41,071 bases of DNA. It comes from a bacterium (GTDB lineage Bacteria > Chloroflexota > Chloroflexia > Thermomicrobiales > UBA6265). The position numbers were made by a program, and so were the translations under genes. Below, piece by piece: positions 33,101 to 40,632 of this stretch (position 1 is the stretch's first letter; each line of letters opens with the position of its first letter). The DNA lies in contig JAPOLF010000002.1 of NCBI GenBank assembly GCA_029977305.1, positions 1 through 41,071 on the forward strand. The letters are read 5' to 3'. A model generated the notes under the pieces. The model searched no databases, was not told the origin of the DNA, and was given only the letters and a program-made list of their open reading frames with translations.

Positions 33101-35121
33101 GCATGATGATGAGCCCGGTCTCGGTTTCGACGTTCTTGCAGCCGGGACTGCTGAGTTTCGACGTGGTGGTGTTCGACGAGGCGTCGCAGTTGCCCCCGGC
33201 CGAGGCGATCCCGACGATCCTGCGCGGGCGGCAGGTGATCGTCGCCGGTGATGACAAACAATTGCCACCGACCGCCTTCTTCGATTCCTCGATCTTCGAT
33301 CCGGACGAGGAGGACGATGAGGAGGAGCAGCTCGAGTCGTTGCTGCGGGAGTGCGCCGCGAGTGTCGGACTGTTCCAGCCGGCGACGCTGAAGTGGCACT
33401 ATCGATCCCGCGACGAGCGGCTGATCGCCTTCTCCAACCATGAGTTCTATCAGGGCGAGTTGATCACCTTCCCGGGCCCGGGGTTCCCGGAGGATCGCGG
33501 CGTGAAGCTCGCGTATGTGGCCGACGGCGTCTGGGACCGCGGTGGCAGTCGGAAGAACCGCGCCGAGGCGCGGATGGCGGCCGATCTCGCGATCAAGAGC
33601 CTCGAGGAGCACCCCGAGCGCTCGGTCGGTGTGGTCGCGATGAATGTCACCCAGAAAGAAGCCATCGAGGATGCACTCGCGGAGCGCGTGCAGGATCGCC
33701 CGGAGCTGCGGGATCGGATCTTCGGCGAGACCGGTGAGGAACCGTTCTTCGTCAAAGCGCTCGAAAACGTGCAGGGCGACGAGCGCGACGTGATCATCAT
33801 CAGCGTGGGATACGGCAAGGATGCGAAGGGTGGGTTCTCACTGAACTTCGGACCGTTGAACCGCGAGGGCGGTTGGCGACGGCTCAATGTGTTGATCACC
33901 CGTGCTCGCTACCAGACCGTGCTTGTGACGAGCCTGCGCAGCGGCGATCTCGCCGGAGTGAGCCCGGACAACCTCGGGGTGAAGGCACTGGCCAGTTTCA
34001 TCGCCTATTGCGAGCGTGGAGGCACCCTGCCCGACGGCTCGGCGCGCATCACCAACGCGGAGACGAATGATTTCGAGGATGCGATCAAGGCAGCACTCGA
34101 GGCACGGGGGATGAAGGTCGATGCGCAGGTCGGGGCGTCGGCGTACCGGATCGATCTTGCCGTGCGCGACCCGCGTGACGAGTCGAAGTATGTGCTCGGC
34201 GTCGAGTGTGATGGTGCGACCTACCACAGTTCGCGCACGGCACGTGATCGTGATCTGAATCGTCAAAGCGTCCTCGAGGGCATGGGATGGAAACTGGTTC
34301 GCATCTGGTCGACGGATTGGTTCGCGGATCCAACGGGCACGATGGACCGGGTGGAGCAGGTCTATCGGCGGGCGATCGAGTTGTCGACTCCGGAGACGAA
34401 CGTCGCGGCCCCCGTGGCGCCAACCGCGCCGCAACCGACCACCGCGACGCCACCCGTTGATCCCCCCTCCGCATCCGCGCAGGCCGCGGAACCCACCACG
34501 GTGGCGGAGGCGGTTGCCCAGATCTCGCAGGAACAGGAGGCGCCTGCCGCCCCGCATGGGGCAGATGCCCCGGCCGGAATCCCCTATCCCGTGACCGCCT
34601 TTGCCCAGCCATTCGCCGACGATTTGCTCCGCAACGATGCGTGGCGCTTGCGGCTCGGGGCGGTGATCGGGATGGTGGTGAAAACCGAGACCCCGGTGCA
34701 CCCGGAGGTCGTGCTGGATCGGGTGAAGGACGCCTGCGGCAAGCCGCGCGCGACCGCGAATGTGCGATCCAATTTCGAGGCCGGTGTGCAGCAGGCGATG
34801 CACGAGCATGGGGTGGTGCTCGGCGAGGACGGCTTCCTGCGATGGGGAACGCAATCCCTTGCCACGTTCCGGATCGGTGAGGGAGCCACGTTGCGACCCG
34901 TGGACCAGATCCCAGCCGAGGAGATCACCATGGCGGCGGTTTGGACGGTGGAACAGCAGTTTGGCATGCCGAAGGAGGCACTCGTGGTCGAGACTGCCAA
35001 GACGCTCGGCTATACGAAGAAGCCGAACGCCGAGAGCGTGGTGCGCATCTCCACCATCATCGATGACGCGCTCGACCGGGGTGTGCTGCGGCAATCCGGC
35101 AATCAGGTCGTGACCCCGTGA
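30106..35121 (+). CDS. Large SF1 (Upf1/DNA2-like) helicase fused to a DUF4011-type N-terminus, a Vsr/DUF559-type endonuclease domain and a DUF3320-like C-terminus; Hhe-like candidate defence or repair protein
   Basis: 1671 aa from the ATG at 30106 (AGGGGA RBS; GTG at 30079 is possible). DUF4011-like WRERLVDLTKRNPLLGL and ERGVTTLHLTLGTVTW...APLVLVPCSL. Helicase motifs: I GPPGTGKSQT (31291-31320), II VVFDEASQ (DEAS at 33175-33186), III VIVAGDDKQLPP, WHYRSRDERLIAFSNHEFY, V VQGDERDVIIIS, VI LNVLITRAR. Nuclease core YRIDLAV...LGVECDGATYH...DRDLNRQSVLEGMGWKLVRIWSTDWF (34144-34323). Confidence 0.9.
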   Translation: MENPLTVPPAADASKDPVDQKLGVWRERLVDLTKRNPLLGLNRARTTKIQVLTPTIDELFTMVVIDEDALKMPFARKGAPKPLPKKGAIAPAAPTLVPSAVSTSDPAGVEDEPDQSVMPAVDQDGPPVIPEAQADAIDTPTSPAPDAAATPAPDSGAIPSTVGLEDEPAAVWIVAPGDVTLDVDDAQLFSKLRRLRDNSRTTVAERGVTTLHLTLGTVTWTDPVLGESKAPLVLVPCSLERSGADRPLTLVPTDDEPTVNPALAILVRERTGKVLPEFPEEPTPETLREMISAVTAMLGEGYLVSEEAWLGTFSFETLAMWRDLGVMAPQARQNAVVQSFAKIVPAQPPDGSEALGNDLDVLEPKVQAPLMVLPADSSQYEALIIGRRGKNLLVNGPPGTGKSQTITNIIADTLANGQTVLFVSAKSAALEVVHERLRKLGLGQFVLEAHSTQSGRMRIMDDLKETLRAAGSAKDVNLEEARLRYMQVRDRLNLAVRELHATREPMGVSVYTGLGRYAKRIGAPDVAAALPWPDLTLVTPAELQTCVDALAAIQAEKAVYDARATHPWRGCVVQDAGLASTERVVGALTALRTGAAEITAAWTTVAPVLGEASTRTVADLQGMREALALLADAQALPAGWESDDPTTLATRAATLRDAAERATVAQEARAAFAEHASGTDYAAAATLLQEGAAKYGGFLSRMFGGYGAWKSQVQQVVQPRSMNQADMAALATLAANAATAEAALAPLAITVQPLLSSPESWRDPEVLRSTAARWQAASVIRAAVLSGGGTGGSITPEVRAAAGAIGTALAPTGPFAAAVETTSALFPADFADEKPLAQSTLGEIIARSDAALAERPRLAEWVRTRAAMDRARAVNLGPFIDAVPAGSGGELIVAFERRFWQRWADAWITAVPALREFSGEQRVALIAELRKADDDLRKLAGQAAVAGASRAAARVSQSGDANKDSQLGILKRELQKKRPRPLRRLFTDIPDVLQSIKPCMMMSPVSVSTFLQPGLLSFDVVVFDEASQLPPAEAIPTILRGRQVIVAGDDKQLPPTAFFDSSIFDPDEEDDEEEQLESLLRECAASVGLFQPATLKWHYRSRDERLIAFSNHEFYQGELITFPGPGFPEDRGVKLAYVADGVWDRGGSRKNRAEARMAADLAIKSLEEHPERSVGVVAMNVTQKEAIEDALAERVQDRPELRDRIFGETGEEPFFVKALENVQGDERDVIIISVGYGKDAKGGFSLNFGPLNREGGWRRLNVLITRARYQTVLVTSLRSGDLAGVSPDNLGVKALASFIAYCERGGTLPDGSARITNAETNDFEDAIKAALEARGMKVDAQVGASAYRIDLAVRDPRDESKYVLGVECDGATYHSSRTARDRDLNRQSVLEGMGWKLVRIWSTDWFADPTGTMDRVEQVYRRAIELSTPETNVAAPVAPTAPQPTTATPPVDPPSASAQAAEPTTVAEAVAQISQEQEAPAAPHGADAPAGIPYPVTAFAQPFADDLLRNDAWRLRLGAVIGMVVKTETPVHPEVVLDRVKDACGKPRATANVRSNFEAGVQQAMHEHGVVLGEDGFLRWGTQSLATFRIGEGATLRPVDQIPAEEITMAAVWTVEQQFGMPKEALVVETAKTLGYTKKPNAESVVRISTIIDDALDRGVLRQSGNQVVTP

Positions 35122-35317
35122 CGGTGTGACGCACCGCGCGGGAGCTGGCGGGTGAGACTGCGCTCAACCAGGTCGTGACTGGGCGCATCTCCGGGATGGG
35201 TGCTGCATCGTGCTGAACGAGACGGCCCCTGAGCCACCCGCATGATGGAGAGAAACTGATCCGCCCCCTCGGGCGTAGACTCTCATGAGTTGCCTGAGCG
35301 GGATGGGAGTGATTGCG

Positions 35318-37459
35318 ATGCATGCACTGCGCCGGATGATGATCGCGTTGTCGTTGCTGATGCTCGCCTCGGTGGGGTTGGTCCAGCCAACGGCAGCGGA
35401 GGGTGCCCCGGCGGTCGACATGCTGGTGATCGCCCAAGGCGTCGGGAAACTCCCGCCCGGCAAGGCCTCGTGGCAACTGCGGGCGTATGAGGCGGATCCC
35501 GCGGGTATTGCGCCGCAGCCCCAGGCGGGATTCATCATCGCGCCGGCCGGGGGTTTGCTGACAGAGACCGGCAGCACCTACGTTTCGCTTGGCGCGGGGC
35601 AAGGGGCTTACATTCCCGGCGATCCAGCATCGAAGGTCTATGCCATGCGTGCCCCGGCCACGGTTTGGCAGATCGGCTTGTCGGCCTCGTCTTCGACGAC
35701 CGGCGTGGGCACGGTGAAGTACGCCGGCAGCCCCTTCTCGGTGACCACCGATCAGCCCTCGCAGATCCAACTCCTGGCGGCGACCGTGCCGAGCAACACC
35801 TTGGTCTACGTCCCGACTGGAACGGTCCCCACCCTGGTGGTCGTCGCCGATGGCACCGCCCGCTTGGAGCGTCCGGGACAGGAGCCATTCCTGATGACCG
35901 CCGGACAGGCGACCGTGGTGCGCGGCGACGGGCAGATCCGCGGCGTGGGTTCGACGCCGGCCTTGGTGATGGCGGCGCGCGTGGGCGAACCGGTGATGTT
36001 GCCCACCTCCCTGACGCCGACCCCCACGCCTACCGCGATCCCGCCGACCATCGCCCCGGTGGCGGCTGCCTCCACCATCAAGGTCATCGCCAAGGCCTGC
36101 CCGGTCAACACGCCGGTGTCGATGCTGGGGACCGCCTGCACCCAACCGGCCGGGCAGATCCCGATGGTGCTGAGTGGCGGCTCCACCGCGCGCGGCACCA
36201 CCGCTGCTGATGGCTCGCTCTCCTTCGCCAATGTCCCCGCCGGCACCTACAACCTGATGGCCGAGCTGCCCGGCGATTTCGTGAAGTCCTTTGCCTCGTG
36301 CATCGCGACCGATGGGACGCAGCGAGCCACCAACGGCACCGGTCTCAACGATGTGACCGTCTCCGTTCCTGCGGGATCGACCGTGACCTGCACGTGGTAC
36401 ACGGTCCCCGAGGATGCGCGCGGCGAGACCGGCACGGCAGGGATCGATCTCTTCGTCACCCGCTGCCCGGTGGGGTACATGGGCGTGCAACTCGCTGACG
36501 ATTGCACCGATCCGGTGGTCGACGCCATGTTCCAACTCGATGGGATCACGCCCCAATCCGGCCGAACCGACGCGTCCGGAGCGATGCGATTCACCAATCT
36601 CGCCTCCGACGACTACAGCCTGATGACGGATGCGCTCTCGGCTGGTCGCGGGCTCTACATGATCTGCCGCACCGATGACAGCCAAGTGGTTTCCACGACC
36701 ATCGACGTGCGCACCGCCGAGATCGCGGTGGCCGAGGGGGCTGCGGTCTCATGCCGCGCATTCGCGATGGACGAGGCGTTGTTCCGCTACTTCTCCACCA
36801 TGCCGGAGGAGAACGGGTCCCTCACGGTGCCGTTCCTCTTCTGTCCGCAGGGATCGCCAGCCGGGGAGTTGGATGTCGACGGCTGCGACCAACTGATCGA
36901 GGACATCTCGCTGGTGTTGCTGCGCGACGGGCAGGTGATCCCTCCAACCTCCGTGGAGTCCACGCGCGCGATCTGGGAAGGCCTGACTGATGGCCGCTAC
37001 GAGGTGGTCGCAGATGGGGTGAGGGTCGGGATCACCGCAATCCAACTTGGGGACGAGCGGTGCTGCAACGCATCGGGTGGCTTTGACCTCAAGGTGAATG
37101 CCGCTATGGGCCCGGTGCTGCTTCCGCTCTATTTCGTGCCGGTCGTTCCGGATCAGGATGGTGACGGAGTTGACGATGAGCAAGAAATGGCCTTGGGCAC
37201 CAACCCGCTGAATCCCGATTCGGATTTCGACGGTATGGATGATGGCGCGGAACTCACCATAACCGGAACCGATCCGACCAACGGGCTGAGCAACGATTTC
37301 GGCATCGCCGGGACCCGCGACTCGGACGGCGACGGCCTCGCTGACCTGCGTGAGGCGCAGTTGATGACCGACATCAACGAGGCCGACACCGACGAGGATG
37401 GCGTCGACGACTACACCGAATTGGTGAACGGCACCGATCCGCTGGCGGCGGACAACTAG
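35318..37459 (+). CDS. Sec-secreted multidomain protein: N-terminal beta-rich domain, PT-rich linker, three Cys-containing beta-sandwich repeats, C-terminal thrombospondin-type-3-like calcium-binding repeats
   Basis: Start preferred at MHALRRMMIALSLLMLASVGLVQPTAAEG (classic Sec signal, GGGAG RBS); ATG at 35285 is an alternative. Three ~105-aa repeats begin near 36075, 36445 and 36828 (C-P...DGS/SGA-F-N...Y-L...C...C). The D-x-D-x-DG-x-x-D-x-x-E repeats (DQDGDGVDDEQE, DSDFDGMDDGAE, DSDGDGLADLRE, DTDEDGVDDYTE) occupy 37148-37456. Confidence 0.8.
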   Translation: MHALRRMMIALSLLMLASVGLVQPTAAEGAPAVDMLVIAQGVGKLPPGKASWQLRAYEADPAGIAPQPQAGFIIAPAGGLLTETGSTYVSLGAGQGAYIPGDPASKVYAMRAPATVWQIGLSASSSTTGVGTVKYAGSPFSVTTDQPSQIQLLAATVPSNTLVYVPTGTVPTLVVVADGTARLERPGQEPFLMTAGQATVVRGDGQIRGVGSTPALVMAARVGEPVMLPTSLTPTPTPTAIPPTIAPVAAASTIKVIAKACPVNTPVSMLGTACTQPAGQIPMVLSGGSTARGTTAADGSLSFANVPAGTYNLMAELPGDFVKSFASCIATDGTQRATNGTGLNDVTVSVPAGSTVTCTWYTVPEDARGETGTAGIDLFVTRCPVGYMGVQLADDCTDPVVDAMFQLDGITPQSGRTDASGAMRFTNLASDDYSLMTDALSAGRGLYMICRTDDSQVVSTTIDVRTAEIAVAEGAAVSCRAFAMDEALFRYFSTMPEENGSLTVPFLFCPQGSPAGELDVDGCDQLIEDISLVLLRDGQVIPPTSVESTRAIWEGLTDGRYEVVADGVRVGITAIQLGDERCCNASGGFDLKVNAAMGPVLLPLYFVPVVPDQDGDGVDDEQEMALGTNPLNPDSDFDGMDDGAELTITGTDPTNGLSNDFGIAGTRDSDGDGLADLREAQLMTDINEADTDEDGVDDYTELVNGTDPLAADN

Positions 37460-37468
37460 GGCAGCCGC

Positions 37469-38503
37469 TTACCAGGTGGAGGTCACCTTGCTCAGGCCGC
37501 GCGGCTTGTCGGGATCGACGCCCCGGGCGCGGGCCATGTGCAAAGCAAGCAGTTGCATCGGCACGATCGCGATGATCGGGGAGAGTGACTCCGTGCGCGT
37601 CTCCTCGAGCGGCAGATGGAGCGTGGCGACGTCGCTCAGCGAGCGGTCGCCGACCACCAGGATGTCGGCGCCGCGCTCGCTCACCTCGGTGATCACCGGT
37701 CGCATCGCGGCAGACCCGGCGCCAGTCGGGGCGATGGCAATCACCGGGAAGCCGCGATCGATCATCGCCACCGGCCCGTGCAGGAGATCCGCTCCGGAGA
37801 ACCCGCTGGCGACGACGTAGGTCGTCTCGGTGAGTTTCAGAGAGGCCTCGCGGGCGGTCGGGTAATTGAATCCGCGCGCGGTGAGCACCAGTTCCTCGGC
37901 GAAGCGGTAGCGCACCGAGAGTTCGGCCACCTCGTGCTCGCGGGCGAGTTGGCGCTCGACGAGTTCCGGAACCACCGCCGCTTCGGCCGCGTTGCCGCCG
38001 GCGAGGGCATCGATGAACAGCCACAAGGTGAGGAGTTGGCACGTGTACGCCTTGGTGGAGGCGACCGCCTTCTCCGGCCCGGCCATCACGTCGATCGCAA
38101 ACTCCGCAGCGGTGGCGAGCGCCGACCCCGGTGAATTGGTGACCGCGACGGTGACGGCGCCGGATTCACGGGCGCGGACCATTGGTTCGACGAGATCGGG
38201 CGAGGTGCCGGATTGGCTGACGCCGATGACGAGCACGTCGCGCAGGTCGGGGCGGGCGCCGTAGACGGTGAAGGTCGAGGGAGAGGCAAGGCCGGCTGGC
38301 ATGCCGAGGCGGGTCTCCACCAGGTACTTGGCGAAGATGGCGGCGTTGTCGGAGGTGCCGCGGGCGACGAAAAGGACGAACCGCGGCTGGCGGCGCTTCA
38401 CGGCCGCCGCCACCTCGTGGATGGCGCGCTGCCCGTGGCTGAGGACGCGTCCCAGCGCAAGTGGCTGCTCCGCGATGTCTGCTTGCATGATCTCGCCGAG
38501 CAC
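37469..38503 (-). CDS. SIS-domain protein, GlmS isomerase-domain-only type (sugar-amine phosphate deaminase/deglycase, NagB-II/FrlB-like)
   Basis: 344 aa, GTG start preceded by GGGAGGG. Two SIS repeats (FVARGTSDNAA, VIGVSQSGTSPD, LTARGFNYPTAREASLKLTE). The C-terminus IVPMQLLALHMARARGVDPDKPRGLSKVTSTW parallels the GlmS C-terminus. No glutaminase domain. Confidence 0.8.
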   Translation of the reverse strand: MLGEIMQADIAEQPLALGRVLSHGQRAIHEVAAAVKRRQPRFVLFVARGTSDNAAIFAKYLVETRLGMPAGLASPSTFTVYGARPDLRDVLVIGVSQSGTSPDLVEPMVRARESGAVTVAVTNSPGSALATAAEFAIDVMAGPEKAVASTKAYTCQLLTLWLFIDALAGGNAAEAAVVPELVERQLAREHEVAELSVRYRFAEELVLTARGFNYPTAREASLKLTETTYVVASGFSGADLLHGPVAMIDRGFPVIAIAPTGAGSAAMRPVITEVSERGADILVVGDRSLSDVATLHLPLEETRTESLSPIIAIVPMQLLALHMARARGVDPDKPRGLSKVTSTW

Positions 38504-38581
38504 CTGTCACCCTCCCTGATCAGCGTCCGCCCGACGGACCATGCCGCCTCTGCGCGAACCTTGGCACATTCTACGGTGTGG

Positions 38582-38624
38582 CAACCGAACGGCCCGGCGG
38601 ATGACTCCACCGGGCCGTTGGTTG
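38582..38624 (-). promoter_or_regulatory. Intercistronic GC-rich stem-loop between the family-5 SBP and SIS genes
   Basis: Perfect 10-bp core AACGGCCCGG / CCGGGCCGUU (38588-38597 / 38610-38619). It is extended by 5 outer bp (CAACC/GGUUG, with a one-base bulge) and 3 inner bp. Lies 19 nt downstream of the SBP stop on the minus strand. Confidence 0.5.
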
Positions 38625-38642
38625 AACGGAGATCCGCTGGGT

Positions 38643-40523
38643 TTAGCCCTGCGTCACCCAGTTCGCGATGTTCCAGTAGTCGACCTCGAAGTCGGAGAGG
38701 CCGATGTTGCCCGCCACGAGCTCGTTGGAGATCGCGCTCTTGCCGGCGGCGCGGTTCACCAGCGGAACCACCGCGACGTCGTTGATGAGGATGTCGTTGA
38801 GCTGGATGAACATCTCGGCCGCCTTGTTGATGTCGGTCTCGAGGCGCACCATCTCGAACAGATCGTCGTACTCCGCACTCTGGTAGCGACCGTAATTCTG
38901 GCCGTTCCAGTTGTTGGAGGCCTGGGCGATGTTCTCGCCATCCGGACCAGCGTACCAGCCGATCATGTAGGCAACCGGAATCGGGGTGGTCGCGTTGTTC
39001 GTGTACTGCTGCATGTCGTTGTAGAAGTGGTTGATGTTCTGCTCGTTGCCCGGCGAGCCGTCGAAGAAGATGCCGGAGTCGACCTGGCGCAGCTCCACGT
39101 TGAAGCCCATCTCCTCGAGCGCCTGCTTGATGATCGCCTGGCTCTTCTGGCGGACCGAGTTGATGCTGGTCGAGTAGGTGACCTTGAGCTCGACGCCGTC
39201 CTTCTTGCGGGTGTCGCCGTCCATCACCCAACCGGCCGCCTCGAGGATCTCCTTGCCCTTCTCGACGTTGTACTCCCACGTGGTGTTCGGGGAGGTCATC
39301 GCCGCGATGCCGGTGAGGATGTTGGCGGTGGCCGGCTCACCCGGGGCGCCCGCGTACAGCTTGCTCGAGATCACGTCGCGCTGCGGCGCGAGGTTGAGCG
39401 CCTGGCGGACGGCGAGATCGCCGATGGTCGGGTTCGGGGTGTTCTTCTCGGCGCGCTGGCCGTCGACCTCGGTGTTCGGGTCGGCGAACTGCAGCTCGAT
39501 GCGCTCGACGCTGGTCCCCGGCGCGACGAAGACTGTGCCCTTGCCGCCCTTCTCGAGTTCGGCGAGCACGTCCGGCTCGACCTGCAGGTTCCACGCGTAG
39601 TGGTAATCGCCGGTCTGGAGGACGGCGCGCGCGGCGGACGGGGCGTCACCACCGCCCTTGAGGTTGACCGACGCGAAGTACGGCTTGGCCGGGTCGCGGT
39701 AGTTCTCGTTGACTGCGTAGATCACCTGGTCATTCGGGGTGAACGACTCGACGACGTACGGGCCGGTGCCGATCGGGTTGGTGATGAAGGAATCGTGCGC
39801 GCCCTTGGCGTCCTCGACATCGAGGATGTGCTTCGGGTAGATCGCACCCCAGACCGTGCCGCCGTGCGGCTCGAACCAGTTGGCGTTCGGGTCCGCGAAG
39901 GTGAGGGTGACCGTGAGCTCGTCCTCGGCGGTCATCGACTCGATCGCGCTGTACACGCCGGAGGAGACCGAGGCATTCTCCGGATTCATGATCCAGTTGT
40001 AGGTGAAGACAACGTCCTCGGCGGTGAAGGGCTCGCCGTCGCTCCAGGTGACTCCCTCGAGCAGCTTGTAGGTGACCGACTTGAGGTCTTCCGCGAGCAA
40101 GCCGTTCTCGGCCGTCGGGATCTCGGTGATCAGGTTCGGGATGAGCGTGCCATCGGCCAGGTAGTTCATCAGCGGCTCGAGCACGGGCGAGGCCGCGAGG
40201 TAATCCTTGGTGCCGGTGGAGACGTGTGGCGAGAGGATCGTCGGCGCCTGCCACTGCAGCAGCTTCAGCTCGCCGCCCTCGCCGCGGGTCTTGCCGTCCA
40301 TGCCCTCGGCCGGCTTGCCAACGCTCTCCTGCGCCGCGACACCCCAGCCGATCTGGCGGCCACCACGCGCGGCGACGTCTTCGGAGCGGAGCACGAAGGA
40401 GATGATCGGCATGCCCACGCCGAGCGCCAGCGCGCGCAGCGTGAACTCGCGGCGATCGATCTGCCCGGACTTGAGCATCTCGAAGAGGTTGGAAAACGGT
40501 CCGTTCTTGTGAGTCTCCGACAT
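38643..40523 (-). CDS. ABC transporter substrate-binding protein, family 5, Tat-type signal; no cognate permease/ATPase genes adjacent
   Basis: Start chosen at MSETHKNG, preceded by AAGGAG at 7-nt spacing (626 aa). DRREFTLRALALGVGMPII signal region. Family-5 core (LEGVTWSDGEPFTAEDVVFTY, TGPYVVESFTPND). Confidence 0.8.
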   Translation of the reverse strand: MSETHKNGPFSNLFEMLKSGQIDRREFTLRALALGVGMPIISFVLRSEDVAARGGRQIGWGVAAQESVGKPAEGMDGKTRGEGGELKLLQWQAPTILSPHVSTGTKDYLAASPVLEPLMNYLADGTLIPNLITEIPTAENGLLAEDLKSVTYKLLEGVTWSDGEPFTAEDVVFTYNWIMNPENASVSSGVYSAIESMTAEDELTVTLTFADPNANWFEPHGGTVWGAIYPKHILDVEDAKGAHDSFITNPIGTGPYVVESFTPNDQVIYAVNENYRDPAKPYFASVNLKGGGDAPSAARAVLQTGDYHYAWNLQVEPDVLAELEKGGKGTVFVAPGTSVERIELQFADPNTEVDGQRAEKNTPNPTIGDLAVRQALNLAPQRDVISSKLYAGAPGEPATANILTGIAAMTSPNTTWEYNVEKGKEILEAAGWVMDGDTRKKDGVELKVTYSTSINSVRQKSQAIIKQALEEMGFNVELRQVDSGIFFDGSPGNEQNINHFYNDMQQYTNNATTPIPVAYMIGWYAGPDGENIAQASNNWNGQNYGRYQSAEYDDLFEMVRLETDINKAAEMFIQLNDILINDVAVVPLVNRAAGKSAISNELVAGNIGLSDFEVDYWNIANWVTQG

Positions 40524-40567
40524 CTCGTGAACTCCTTTGCTACGCAACTCGCCAGCAGCGAGTCAGG

Positions 40568-40594
40568 TGCCGATCGGCAACATTGCCGATCGCA
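40568..40594. promoter_or_regulatory. Operator-like element: perfect 12-bp palindrome TGCCGATCGGCA followed 4 nt later by a partial repeat TGCCGATCGCA
   Basis: Read directly from the sequence. Lies 45-71 nt upstream of the SBP start codon (40523, minus strand) in the 109-bp intergenic region. Confidence 0.25.
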
Positions 40595-40632
40595 TCGCGA
40601 CGACTCGAATCGAGTCGCCGGGAATCCCGTGG

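Noticed and set aside
35104-35179. Direct repeat CAGGTCGTGAC (35104-35114 and 35169-35179; 13 of 14 nt with flanks) straddling the helicase stop codon, considered as possible att/target-site duplication.
   Set aside because: Only 65 nt lie between the copies, so there is no cargo. No integrase or IS is nearby, and 11-mer coincidences are expected many times over in 41 kb of compositionally biased DNA.
35285-35317. Upstream ATG (35285) as the start of the secreted repeat protein.
   Set aside because: It has no RBS and adds 11 residues (MSCLSGMGVIA) in front of an otherwise canonical Sec signal. ATG at 35318 has a GGGAG RBS and gives a standard n-h-c signal peptide. I kept 35285 as an alternative only.
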